The notes under the pieces were generated by a model. It saw only the letters and a program-made list of their open reading frames with translations. It had not been told where the DNA came from and did no database searches. From positions 10,292,001 to 10,356,000 of the forward strand of contig NC_043007.1 of the NCBI RefSeq assembly GCF_006345805.1: DNA of 64,000 nt, given 5' to 3'. A program made the translations under genes and the position numbers. Source of the stretch: Octopus sinensis (Eukaryota). Positions 13,290 through 23,599 of the stretch are shown here, piece after piece (within the stretch, counting starts at the first letter, position 1; each line of letters opens with the position of its first letter).

Positions 13290-13880
13290 CCAAATTTTGG
13301 GGGAGGGGGGTAGTCAATTAGATCGACCCCAGTACGCAACTGGTACTTAATTTATCGATCCAGAACGCAAATGGTACTTAATTTATCATCCCCGAAAGGA
13401 TGAAAGGCAAAGTCGACCTTGGCGGAATTTGAACTCAGAACGTAAACACAGACGAAATACGTATTTCTTTACTGCCCACACGGGGCTAAACACAGAGGAG
13501 ACAAACAAGGACAGACAGACGGATTAAGTCGATTATATCGTCCCCAGTGCGTAACTGGTACTTAATTTATCATCCCCGAAAGGATGAAAGGCAAAGTCGA
13601 CCTTGGCGGAATTTGAACTCAGAACGTAAACACAGACGAAATACGTATTTCTTTACTGCCCACACGGGGCTAAACACAGAGGAGACAAACAAGGACAGAC
13701 AGACGGATTAAGTCGATTATATCGTCCCCAGTGCGTAACTGGTACTTAATTTATCGATCCTGAGAGGATGAAAGGCAAAGTCGACCTTGGCGGAATTTGA
13801 ACTCAGAACGTAGTGGCAGACGAAATACTGCTAAGCATTTCGCCCGGCGTGCTAACGTTTCTGGCAGCTCGCCGCCTTAG
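13290..13880 (-). mobile_element. tRNA-derived SINE (family A) with internal 184-bp tandem repeats
   Basis: Head GGCGGCGAGCTGCCAGAAACGTTAGCACGCCGGG on minus at about 13878; TGGTACTTAATTTAT recurs at 13372, 13556 and 13740. Confidence 0.8.
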
Positions 13881-14314
13881 TTTTATGCAAATATTGATAC
13901 ATAAAAATGGGGCAAACATTCTTGGGAATCTTCGTTGTCTTCAAGAAAGCCAAAATTTATAAAGATATAAAATAAACGTTGAAGAAATAGATAAAAAATA
14001 TTTTTTATAAGTTTTTACAAGAAAGGTTGACAGTAATTTCGAAGTTTCAGCCTTTGAGCCTTTACACACACACACACACAAGCATATATATACAAATAAT
14101 CTGCATGTCTGTGTATATGTATGTATATATGCGTCCGAGTACATGTCTATATATATGAATGTATTATATTTGTATTATAGTGCATTGGTGTACCATTCAA
14201 AGCTTTTTATTCTTTACAAACAATACGCAATGCTTCAAGCGAACTACAATACTCTCCTGCATTTATATATGTATGTAGATAGCATGCGTGTATGCATACA
14301 TACACTATCTCTCT

Positions 14315-14317
<3 letters not shown>

Positions 14318-14380
<63 letters not shown>

Positions 14381-14495
14381 GAGCGAGAGAGAGAGAGAAA
14401 CAAAGAAGAAGAAGAAGAAGAAGAAGAAGAAGAAGAAGAAGAAAGAAGAAGAAGAAGAAGAAGAAGAAAGAAGAAGAAGAAGAAGCAGCAGCAGC
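14318..14495. repeat. Compound (TA)n-(AG)n-(AAG)n microsatellite 3' of GPCR1
   Basis: Seen directly; equivalent array at 39115-39555 behind GPCR2. Confidence 0.95.
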
Positions 14496-14555
14496 TGTGT
14501 ATCTCTTAGAATTTTTTGTTAGAGTTTTTGCATCCATTAGATAGTTTGTTTCAAT

Positions 14556-15785
14556 TTATTTCCGTTTTATTCCAAATATCTTTTTAATTTCGTCTATAAA
14601 ATTTTTGTTCCTGCAGCTGTAAATAATGGGATTTGAGCAAGAACTGATGTAAAAACTATGTCGTGCAAACCAGTAGAAAAACAATGCTGCTTTCGGAGCC
14701 GAGCTTAGGGATTTCACAACTGCGTTTACTATCAATGTAGCGGTGCAAGGCAAATAGGTCATTATGAAGACGACAGTAATCATCATCATTGTTATAGTGG
14801 TACGTTTTGTCCTCTTGGCTTGTTCTTTTGCTCGTCTTTCGCTGTCCGCTTCCCGTAATTTAGTCATACGAGGTGCAATGTTTTTCGTATATACCGTTGA
14901 TATCTCATCCGAGGAAACTTTAGATGATATTTCGGTAACAGACAATTCAACTACGTCTAGAGAAACGCTCGTGGATAATCGATTAGAATCAACCGTTTCT
15001 GGTACATCAAGCCACTTTTGTTGACCCTTATCAGAACAGGGTAAGCTTGCGATGCTATTCCTGTTTTGTTGGGATATGGCAATTTTTCTTTTATTCATTA
15101 CTTTCATACGTCGAAGAATTATGCCGTAGAGAACAACAAGAATAACAAACGTAAACACTGCTAGCAGAAAGTAGAGAGCAAAGAATCCAAGTTGATAATA
15201 GTTAGGCTTCTTGTAGTTTTTTGCTGAGCAGGAATAGCTATTCATACCAGGATAAATAGTCGGTTTCTTGATACTTCCATAGTAAAGAAGAGCAATACTT
15301 CCCTGTGTTGCACAGAAAATAAAAATACAGGCTGTGATGATTTTAGCAGCTTTCATTGTTATCTGATACTTCAGTGGTTGGCATACTTTTCTGTATCTAT
15401 CCGTTGCAATGGCCAGTAGAAAACCATAGTTACAAAGTCCTGTGAATACTGATAAGCTCAAATGGAACTTGCACAATATATCCCAGGTTGACATCAAAGG
15501 GTAAATATTTTGGACAATACGAGCTGGTGTCACACAGGCACATATTATCAAATCAGTACAAGCCAGCATCACAACAAAGAAATAAGTTGGTGATAATTTC
15601 AAACGAAATCCATAAACGTAAATAGTTAAAATGTTTCCAACGAAACCAATGGTCATTGTTAATGCAATAAGAATAGTAAACGGAAGTCTTATCAAAACTT
15701 GTTGCCAGTTGAGTTCTTCGATGGTGACACTATATTCCGTACTGTTTGTTGTTACATTCTGCACTGAATACATAAACGACGACAT
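14556..15785 (-). CDS. Class A (rhodopsin-like) GPCR, paralog 1 (409 aa), orphan
   Basis: Intact ORF, 7 hydrophobic segments; TM1 GN, TM2 LACTD, TM3 C...DRY, ECL2 Cys (YSC), TM6 FIMTYLP, TM7 NPIIY; N-terminal sequons NVT and NST; long Ser-rich ICL3. Confidence 0.95.
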   Translation of the reverse strand: MSSFMYSVQNVTTNSTEYSVTIEELNWQQVLIRLPFTILIALTMTIGFVGNILTIYVYGFRLKLSPTYFFVVMLACTDLIICACVTPARIVQNIYPLMSTWDILCKFHLSLSVFTGLCNYGFLLAIATDRYRKVCQPLKYQITMKAAKIITACIFIFCATQGSIALLYYGSIKKPTIYPGMNSYSCSAKNYKKPNYYQLGFFALYFLLAVFTFVILVVLYGIILRRMKVMNKRKIAISQQNRNSIASLPCSDKGQQKWLDVPETVDSNRLSTSVSLDVVELSVTEISSKVSSDEISTVYTKNIAPRMTKLREADSERRAKEQAKRTKRTTITMMMITVVFIMTYLPCTATLIVNAVVKSLSSAPKAALFFYWFARHSFYISSCSNPIIYSCRNKNFIDEIKKIFGIKRK

Positions 15786-15822
15786 CCTTTCCCGATTTTG
15801 GGCTGCGTTTTCTCAGTTCAAT

Positions 15823-15850
15823 CTGAATAAGAAAATATAAGAATAAGAAA
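15823..15850 (-). other. Putative 3' splice acceptor of GPCR1 coding exon
   Basis: Minus strand TTCTTATATTTTCTTATTCAG|AT, 37 nt upstream of the ATG; same spacing in paralogs 2 and 3. Confidence 0.7.
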
Positions 15851-16499
15851 TATTATCCGTAAGCTCCATGATTACTGTGGTATAGACAAATTTATAATCA
15901 AACTCTAGGACTTATACATATAACAGAGTAAATAGTACTAAAAGAAACTGAACTTAGATTTCGTTTTACCTTTTACTTGTTTCAATCATTGTACTACAGC
16001 CATGATGGTGAACAGCCTTGAAGGGTTTAGTCGGACAAATTACATTCTTTGCTTACTTTGGTTAAAAGTTTTGCACTTATTCTATCGTTACTTTTGCTGA
16101 GCCGCACCAAGTTACGGGAACGTAGAGAAGCTAAGACCTGTAGTCAAGAGGTGGGGGCAGAATACAAACACAAACGCAATGGCACAGACATATGCATACA
16201 CATAGATATACATACATAGTGCATGAAAAAGTCTTACGAAACGAAACAAACAATCCATGAGTACCTGTACTAGGTGTATAACATGTCTGAAGAAGAAATA
16301 TATCAGCAAGGAAATGAGATTAAAAAAAAAACCAGGATGATCACAATTAGGTCTCAGAAAATGAAGATAATGATGCTACCCTTCTTATTCAATAACATAA
16401 GAAAGAAATCACAGCAGCCATTATAAACCTCCCTGCAACCAAGGAACTATTGAAACAACGAATACAACTGAAAACCTGACGGCTTAGAAAGTATGACAA

Positions 16500-16850
16500 A
16501 AGTGGGGGAGCATCATAGCTATGTGTTGAAAGGAATTCTTTGAGGTTTGGATAATTCCCCTTTGGAAACAGGGGTGTTTTGTTCAACATCCTTAAACAAC
16601 CTTCATTCAGGGACCTTTTGAGCAGGATGGGTTACTCGGCCTGGAGAAAATTCTAACTGGGCCCCACCAGCAAGGTCATGCGCTATTTATCTTTATATGA
16701 GATCACCATATCATGCACATATGGTTGTGATACCTGTGCTTGGTGTACTCTTATCAGACGGGTAGTGATGACGGGTATACTAAGCTTCGTATATTTCACC
16801 CCAGTGTCACTTTGATGGCATGCACTGCTATCTCACTCAATGATAATAAT
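16500..16850 (+). mobile_element. Non-autonomous (TAA)n-tailed element, 5'-truncated copy
   Basis: Aligns to 22240-22585; ends CTCACTC(AAT)n. Confidence 0.75.
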
Positions 16851-16866
16851 AATAATAATAATAATA

Positions 16867-16913
<47 letters not shown>

Positions 16914-16932
16914 AATGATAATAATAATAATA

Positions 16933-16989
<57 letters not shown>

Positions 16990-16990
<1 letters not shown>

Positions 16991-17195
16991 GCTGACAGAA
17001 CGATCCAGGCTAACTGAGCAGGTATAATTATAAAAGACAAGGAAGAAAATACTTGTAGACTAGCAGATGTAAATTAAGTGTCCCCACTAATAAACATATA
17101 CCTGTAAAGGAATTTGACAAACTAAGTAACTATAAGGACCTGGAAATTGAAATACAAAAGATGTGGCACCTTAAAGCGAGAACTGTTCCTGATTG
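16990..17195 (+). mobile_element. R4/Dong-like LINE fragment (restriction-like endonuclease region)
   Basis: Encodes KEFDKLSNYKDLEIEIQKMWHLKARTVP-like motif; follows a (TAA)n array. Confidence 0.65.
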
Positions 17196-17199
17196 ATAC

Positions 17200-18230
17200 A
17201 TTTCGTCTAGAGTCTGATGAATATTTTTGAAGTTCTGTAATCGGTTGTTTCTCGGTTTCTTTAATTTCATGCTGTTGATGATGTTGGTGATTTCGAAGTT
17301 GTTGATTTCGTTCTTGCTGTTTTTGCTGGAGTGGCTGTGAATTGTATTACAGTTATGGATTTCTTGGAGTAGGGCTATGTACTCTCCTCTTCTTCCGCCT
17401 ACCCTCTTTTCGTTGCTGTGAACCATTGATCGTTCAGCTCTTCTTTCTCCATGTCATTGCAGTTGATATTGGTTTGAGAGGAAGAGCATTCAGGGGAAAG
17501 TTGCTTTGTCTTGGTTTGGGAGTGGGTGTGAGCGAGGGTGTGGGAGCAGGTGTAGGAGTCTAGAGCACTTGGTTATGATATTGCACTTGTGGTATTTGTA
17601 ACGTTGGTAGATCCACATTTGTGACATCTTGGCTTTCTACCCACCAGGTGAGTACCATCCGGCAGATCGATTAGATCGGGCAGCTGGTCGATATGGTCCT
17701 GCTTGCATTGCAAGGTCAGTTCCATACCTATGCCTAACCAGTTTTACTTAGGCAGTTTCTTGAACTCCAATTTTGTGGTTTCATTTTTTTCTAAACTTGC
17801 CAAGATGGCCGCCACTAACCCGGTAATGGATATTTCTGATGGCACCTTCAGCACCCTAATCTTGGCAAGACGTTGGCCGCGATAGCTAGGCATTAAGAAA
17901 AAGTTGTCATTCCTCAAAGCGATTGTGGAATTACATCTAGCTTCTTCTTCCGTCCAAAATTTCACCTCAATGGTTCCAAACTTCTCTCCTCGGGTGATGG
18001 GGGCCTTCTGTTCCCACACGCGCCCAAAGCACTTTTGTACTTCGCTCTCGGGAGCATTTTCGACCCGCCGAGACTTTACTCCGATGCAACGGTATGTTAC
18101 TGTGCATCTTGCGATGTTTTCTATCAGATCAGATGGAGGGTTAGAGCTACCTTTCTCCCCTCTTTTTCTACAATTTTTCTTGCCAATTTGAATTCTCGCC
18201 GCCGACGTAAAAAACGCAGGGGCGATATCT
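17200..18230 (-). mobile_element. Degenerate L1/Tx1-like ORF1 (gag, zinc-knuckle) fragment
   Basis: ORF 17744-18019 (RGEKFGTIEVKF...IRVLKVPSEI) and downstream GRKPRCHKCGST knuckle-like motif; interrupted frames. Confidence 0.6.
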
Positions 18231-18713
18231 ATGTTTCATTTCATTCGAATTGTTGTTACCGTTGTTGTTGTTGTTGTTTTTGATGGTGTTGCTGTTGTTG
18301 TTCTCGTTGTCGACACCGTATGTTTTGTCGCTGCTGACAGATGAAACACTTTTGCCCTTGGTGACGTCATTAAGTTTAGGCGATTCAATGTTGATATTTC
18401 TCGACAAGGAGCGCGTTCCTTTATCGAACATTATGATGGCTTTTTTATCAACCATCTTTAAATAATTACAGAAAATTGCAAAATATCTGTTTTTGCCGAA
18501 AGCAGTTAAAATTTAACAATTATTTAAGCTCAACCCCTGCAAAACATGATTTCTCTACACAAAAGTACAATCTGCGCAGTCCAGACAATCTCAGAAATGT
18601 AATGGTAACAATAAAAATGCCTTAGAAAAGCCTTAGAAAGCTGAAAATATTACAAATACTTTTTCAACTTACGGAGCACCAAATTTCCGTGACTTCACTG
18701 TATGGCGGCCATG

Positions 18714-18811
<98 letters not shown>

Positions 18812-18819
18812 AAACCCAA

Positions 18820-19110
18820 ACAAACTCAAAAACCAGAGAAAAGAATATAAATTATTTGACTGTCAGGAGAAGGCGTTGTATGCTTAGATTCCCAAAGACA
18901 TTTGCAACGAACAGTAGTAGTGAGACATGGTTACGGTAGCAGAAAGGAAATCTGAAGAGCGAGAGAGAAAGTTTGTTAGTAACTGCACAATATCAAGCAT
19001 TAAGGACTAATTGGATAAAAGTCAAGATAGAGGAAAACCAAGCAGATTCCCAATGTAGATTATGCAAAGCAAAACAGAAAAGCGTTACTCATATAATAAG
19101 TGAATGAAGC
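18820..19110 (+). mobile_element. R4/Dong-like LINE fragment (zinc-finger region)
   Basis: ESLLVTAQYQALRTNWIK...SQCRLCK...HII-like motif; homologous to 31960-32220 on minus. Confidence 0.75.
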
Positions 19111-19164
19111 ATTCATTTATATCAATATATATATATATATAAATTTGACCGCGTGTGTACCGTT

Positions 19165-19349
19165 GGCGATTTTTTCTCTCCGTCTTCCCCTCTCTGGATC
19201 TTTCCTTTTCCTATGTTTCTGACGAAGAACTCCCCTCGAAACGTAAAGCCCTCCTTCTTCCCTTCCTTCTTGAGCGTCCAATAATACTATATTTGTTCCA
19301 CGTCCTCGCATTGTTGTGTTTCTCTTTGTGTTTTCATGTTTGGATTAAC

Positions 19350-19350
<1 letters not shown>
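19165..19350 (+). mobile_element. Penelope-like terminal repeat with hammerhead-like motif
   Basis: CTGACGA...CTCGAAACGTA core, ends TTTGGATTAAC(TA)n; sister copy at 60255-60440. Confidence 0.55.
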
Positions 19351-19435
<85 letters not shown>

Positions 19436-19439
<4 letters not shown>

Positions 19440-19697
19440 ATTTCTTACTTTCTAGTACTTTACTAGGTTCATACTCATATCATTTATTAGCATATTCAAA
19501 TCCTAGCTTTCTTCACCCCTCCGAGTGGATTACTCTCCCTGCTGTGTTGTCATGTCTTTTCTTGTATTCTTTCTGTGTATATGTATGTATGTATTTATGT
19601 ATATCTCTAGCATATAGGCTTGGTAGCTCTGTGGCCTTAATTATAATTGCATTCTATATAATTATATATAATTTTAATGATTTTATCCTTTAATTAT

Positions 19698-19756
<59 letters not shown>

Positions 19757-19794
19757 ATCCAAATATGAAAACACAAATTATGTTTAATTATGTT

Positions 19795-19845
<51 letters not shown>

Positions 19846-19903
19846 AACATAATTAAACATAATTAAACATAATTAAACATAATTTGTGTTTTCATATTTG
19901 GAT

Positions 19904-19963
<60 letters not shown>

Positions 19964-20226
19964 CATAATTAAAGGATAAAGTCATTAAAATTATATATAA
20001 TTATATAGAATGCAATTATAATTAAGGCCACAGAGCTACCAAGCCTATATGCTAGAGATATACATAAATACATACATACATATACACAGAAAGAATACAA
20101 GAAAAGACATGACAACACAGCAGGGAGAGTAATCCACTCGGAGGGGTGTAGAAAGCTAGGATTTGAATATGCTAATAAATGATATGAGTATGAACCTAGT
20201 AAAGTACTAGAAAGTAAGAAATACAA
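19436..20226. repeat. About 790-bp near-perfect palindrome (inverted duplication)
   Basis: Left arm is the reverse complement of the right arm, axis in (TA)n near 19790-19845; the ORF track shows near-identical peptides at 19436+ and 19969-. Confidence 0.9.
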
Positions 20227-20600
20227 GATGTTGTGGGACTTCAACATTCAGACTGACAGACTAATGGGAGCTGGAAGGCCTGATTTGGTAAAAGTAGATA
20301 AAGAGAATACAAAATGACTGATAATTGACATTACAGTCCTAAATGGTGAAAACATGAATATGAGAAGTATAGAAAAAATAGCAAAGTACCAGGAACTCGC
20401 TATTAAATTACAGAGACTACGAAAAGTGCGGCTAAAATGTATCCCAGTAGTTACTGGCGTATTGCGAACAATCCTTATAGATCTGAACAGATGGATAGAA
20501 GAAATAGGCATAAAGCCCAGTTTAGTACAGCTTCAGAAAACAGTGTTATTAGGGACAGCTGGGATTCTTAGGAGGGTTCATGGCATCTAAGGTTACTTGC
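20086..20600 (+). mobile_element. R4/Dong-like LINE 3' fragment
   Basis: EYKKRHD...LWDFNIQTD...RPDLV...IID...EKIAKYQEL...IPVVTG...KTVLLGTAGILRRV*, a PD-(D/E)xK restriction-like endonuclease end. Confidence 0.85.
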
Positions 20601-21059
20601 TGTAATTCAATTTACTTACTGCACACACGCTTACATCTACGCGCGCACAAAGGATTCCATATACACGCGTATATACGCACAGGGAATATGCAGGGTGGAA
20701 GGTAGAGTACAGAAAAATTATGTGTAAAACATATATAAGCAATAAACCTATAAACCAATATTTTTATAATTATGTAAAAAAATATATGTATAAAAATATA
20801 AATAAAAATATATAAGAAATATAAGTAAAAGGTATAAAGAGATAAAAAGCTTGTAGGTAGACACAATATAGAAAGCAAGTTCTATCTGTAATCTTGTGGG
20901 GACCAAAAACGTAACAAATATTTGGCCACGTGTAGGCATGTTCCAAAAAGTTCTGCTTTTGAATTCAGACATGTAGCAGGGTCTAAGCTGCTTTTTCAGA
21001 TGAGACATCATTCCATATCACATAGACCGCACTTTCCACTGCCGTTGGTGTACCATTTT

Positions 21060-21260
21060 TATCAGATGCCATGATAGATCGTTAGCTACTACACACATTT
21101 CTTTTCTCTCCTTGTTTTTTTTTTCTGTGTATCTTTCTGTAGAAGAGCGTAGGCTCGAAACGTAAAAGACTTTTTCTATTCCTGAGCGCTATACTAATAC
21201 ATCTGTTTGTTTGTACACCACCTGTCTTCGTGTTTTGTTTATTTTCGTAAACTTTCCCTT
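21060..21260 (+). mobile_element. Penelope-like terminal repeat (second family) with hammerhead-like motif
   Basis: TCTTT-CTGTAGA-A-GAGC-GTAG-GCTC-GAAAC-GTA-AAAGA; sister copy at 36800-36945. Confidence 0.5.
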
Positions 21261-21263
21261 TAT

Positions 21264-21363
<100 letters not shown>

Positions 21364-21501
21364 ATTAAATGATAAAATCATTAAACTTATATATAATTAT
21401 ATGTGATATAGAATGCAATTATAATTAAGGGCACAGACCTACCAAGCCTATATGCTAGAGATATATATATAAATACATACATATATACATACATATATAC
21501 T

Positions 21502-21549
<48 letters not shown>

Positions 21550-21817
21550 GAGAGAGAGAGAGAGAAAAGAGAGAAGGGGTAAGATATGATATACGTGTGT
21601 GTATGTGAGTGTATATACACAATCATACATTATGTGGGTAATATATTCAACCAAGGCATTACATCTTATTCTTCAAGAGCTTCAATCCTTCGTATGTACA
21701 TATATTTACGAGATTGCTGACAATTGTCAATAGTATTCCTCATTGTGCCATTTTCTATCATTGATAAAACTGTCGGCATTTTTGCCGAGGCGGGTATGCT
21801 AGTGTATAATAATAATA

Positions 21818-21857
<40 letters not shown>

Positions 21858-21897
21858 TAATAATGATAATAATAATAATAATATAATAATAATAATA

Positions 21898-21950
<53 letters not shown>

Positions 21951-21991
21951 TAATAATAATAATGATGATGATAATAATAATAATAATAATG

Positions 21992-22043
<52 letters not shown>

Positions 22044-22091
22044 TAATAATAATAATGATGATGATGATGATAATAATAATAATAATAATAA

Positions 22092-22585
22092 TATCATGTA
22101 CATTGATTTGTCTTGGTATAAAAGATGGGCTACAGCAAATATTCTGTACAATACCACAGATTTGCTTGTCAGTTTGGCCTTAACCAGTTGAGCATGTCCC
22201 TTAGTGGCTGACGATATGTGCATCTCTGATCACGAGCAGTAGTTGGGGAGCATCATAGCCATATGTTCAGAGGAATTCTTTGGGGCTTGAATAATTCACC
22301 TCTGGAAACATGGGTGTTTCGTTCAACATTCTTAAACAACCCTTATTCAGGGACCTTTTGAACGGGATGGGTTACTCGACCAGAAGAACATTTTAACTGG
22401 GCCCCACCTGCAAGGTCATGTGCTGTTTATCTTGATATGAGATTACCATGTCTCGCACACATGGTTGTGATGCATGTGCCTAGCGTACCCTTATCTGATT
22501 GGTAGTCATGATGTGTATACTGGGCTTTGTATATTTTACCCCAGTGTCACTTTAATGGCATGCACTGCTCTCTCACTCAATAATA
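22092..22585 (+). mobile_element. Non-autonomous (TAA)n-tailed element, longest copy (about 490 bp)
   Basis: No ORF and no recognisable tRNA head; embedded between (TAA)n arrays 21808-22092 and 22585-22724; four copies in the window. Confidence 0.75.
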
Positions 22586-23599
22586 ATGATGATGATGATG
22601 ATGATGATAATAATATAATAATAATAATAATATAATAATAATATAATAATAATGATGATGATGATGATGAGGATAATAATAATAATAATAATAATAATAT
22701 AATAAATAATAATAATAATAATAAGGCGGCTGGACGTGACAGAGGATGGACGTATTTTTACGATGCTCTGAACTGGCAACAGCGAACCCAGCAGGTCAAC
22801 TGTAGAAAACTGGAAGATCTACTGTTTTCTGTAAGTAATTTGAATTACCCTCAAAATAAGTAAAAAAAAAACAACTTACATATCTACAGCTCATACAAAC
22901 GTACACCTAACAAGAAAATTAGAAACATACATATCTCCAATTCTGTGTGAACATTTACATTTAGTCGTCTCTCATGACTATAAGAATGTGTAAAATTGCC
23001 TTTTAAATTACCTTTTATTGTAACAACACAATTAAATGCACGATAAAAAGTTATGGAATTAAGCACCTACTACTATATACATACAACTGAATTCAGAAAT
23101 TTAAAAATATATACATAACATTGAACTCAGAAAGCTATTTAAAAAAAAGAAAAAAAAAAATCTTCGACGAAAACATCAGATAATTGTGTGAGTGAATATA
23201 CATATATATACATATACATATGCATGTGGTGAAGAAGAAAAGAGAAAGGGAAAATAAATAAATAAATAAATAAACGTAAACAGGTTTGACCTTTTACTGA
23301 CCATTAACGTCCTTTGTCTCCACCATCTACCGTGGCTATTTATAGACCCAAAGAACATGAATTCTTTACCACCCATTCTCCAACACAATGGAGTGTGATG
23401 GTGGCTGTGGCTACACATTGAAGATGATGATGGTGATGGTGGTGTTGCTGATGATGGTGAGTGGTGGTGAAGATGATAGTAATAACAATAATAACTGACA
23501 GATCCCGTCTTTTTCCCTTTCTTTTCGTTTCCTTTTCCGTATTTTATTCTCATTATTTCGAACTAATACAGACACAGTAAGCCTTGAAGAAAGGAAGAG

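Noticed and set aside
14244-14555. In-frame continuation after the GPCR1 stop (possible readthrough or premature stop)
   Set aside because: The TAA is at the same position in all three paralogs, the downstream frame closes quickly in paralogs 2 and 3, and the extension is microsatellite.
14764-15024. Short antisense or alternate-frame ORFs overlapping the GPCRs, repeated in each paralog
   Set aside because: By-products of the duplicated coding sequence; lengths and stops vary between copies.
14556-15785. Assignment as opsin, aminergic receptor, cephalopod chemotactile receptor or a named neuropeptide receptor
   Set aside because: No K7.43, no D3.32; chemotactile receptors are Cys-loop channels, not 7TM; no diagnostic motif lets me name a peptide-receptor ortholog without a search.
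21666-22223. Long ORFs of poly-I/Y/L/M/K/R (e.g. 21666-22223, 39107-39694, 48655-49251, 53623-54231)
   Set aside because: Translations of (TA)n, (TAA)n, (ATG)n and (AAG)n microsatellites that happen to lack stops.
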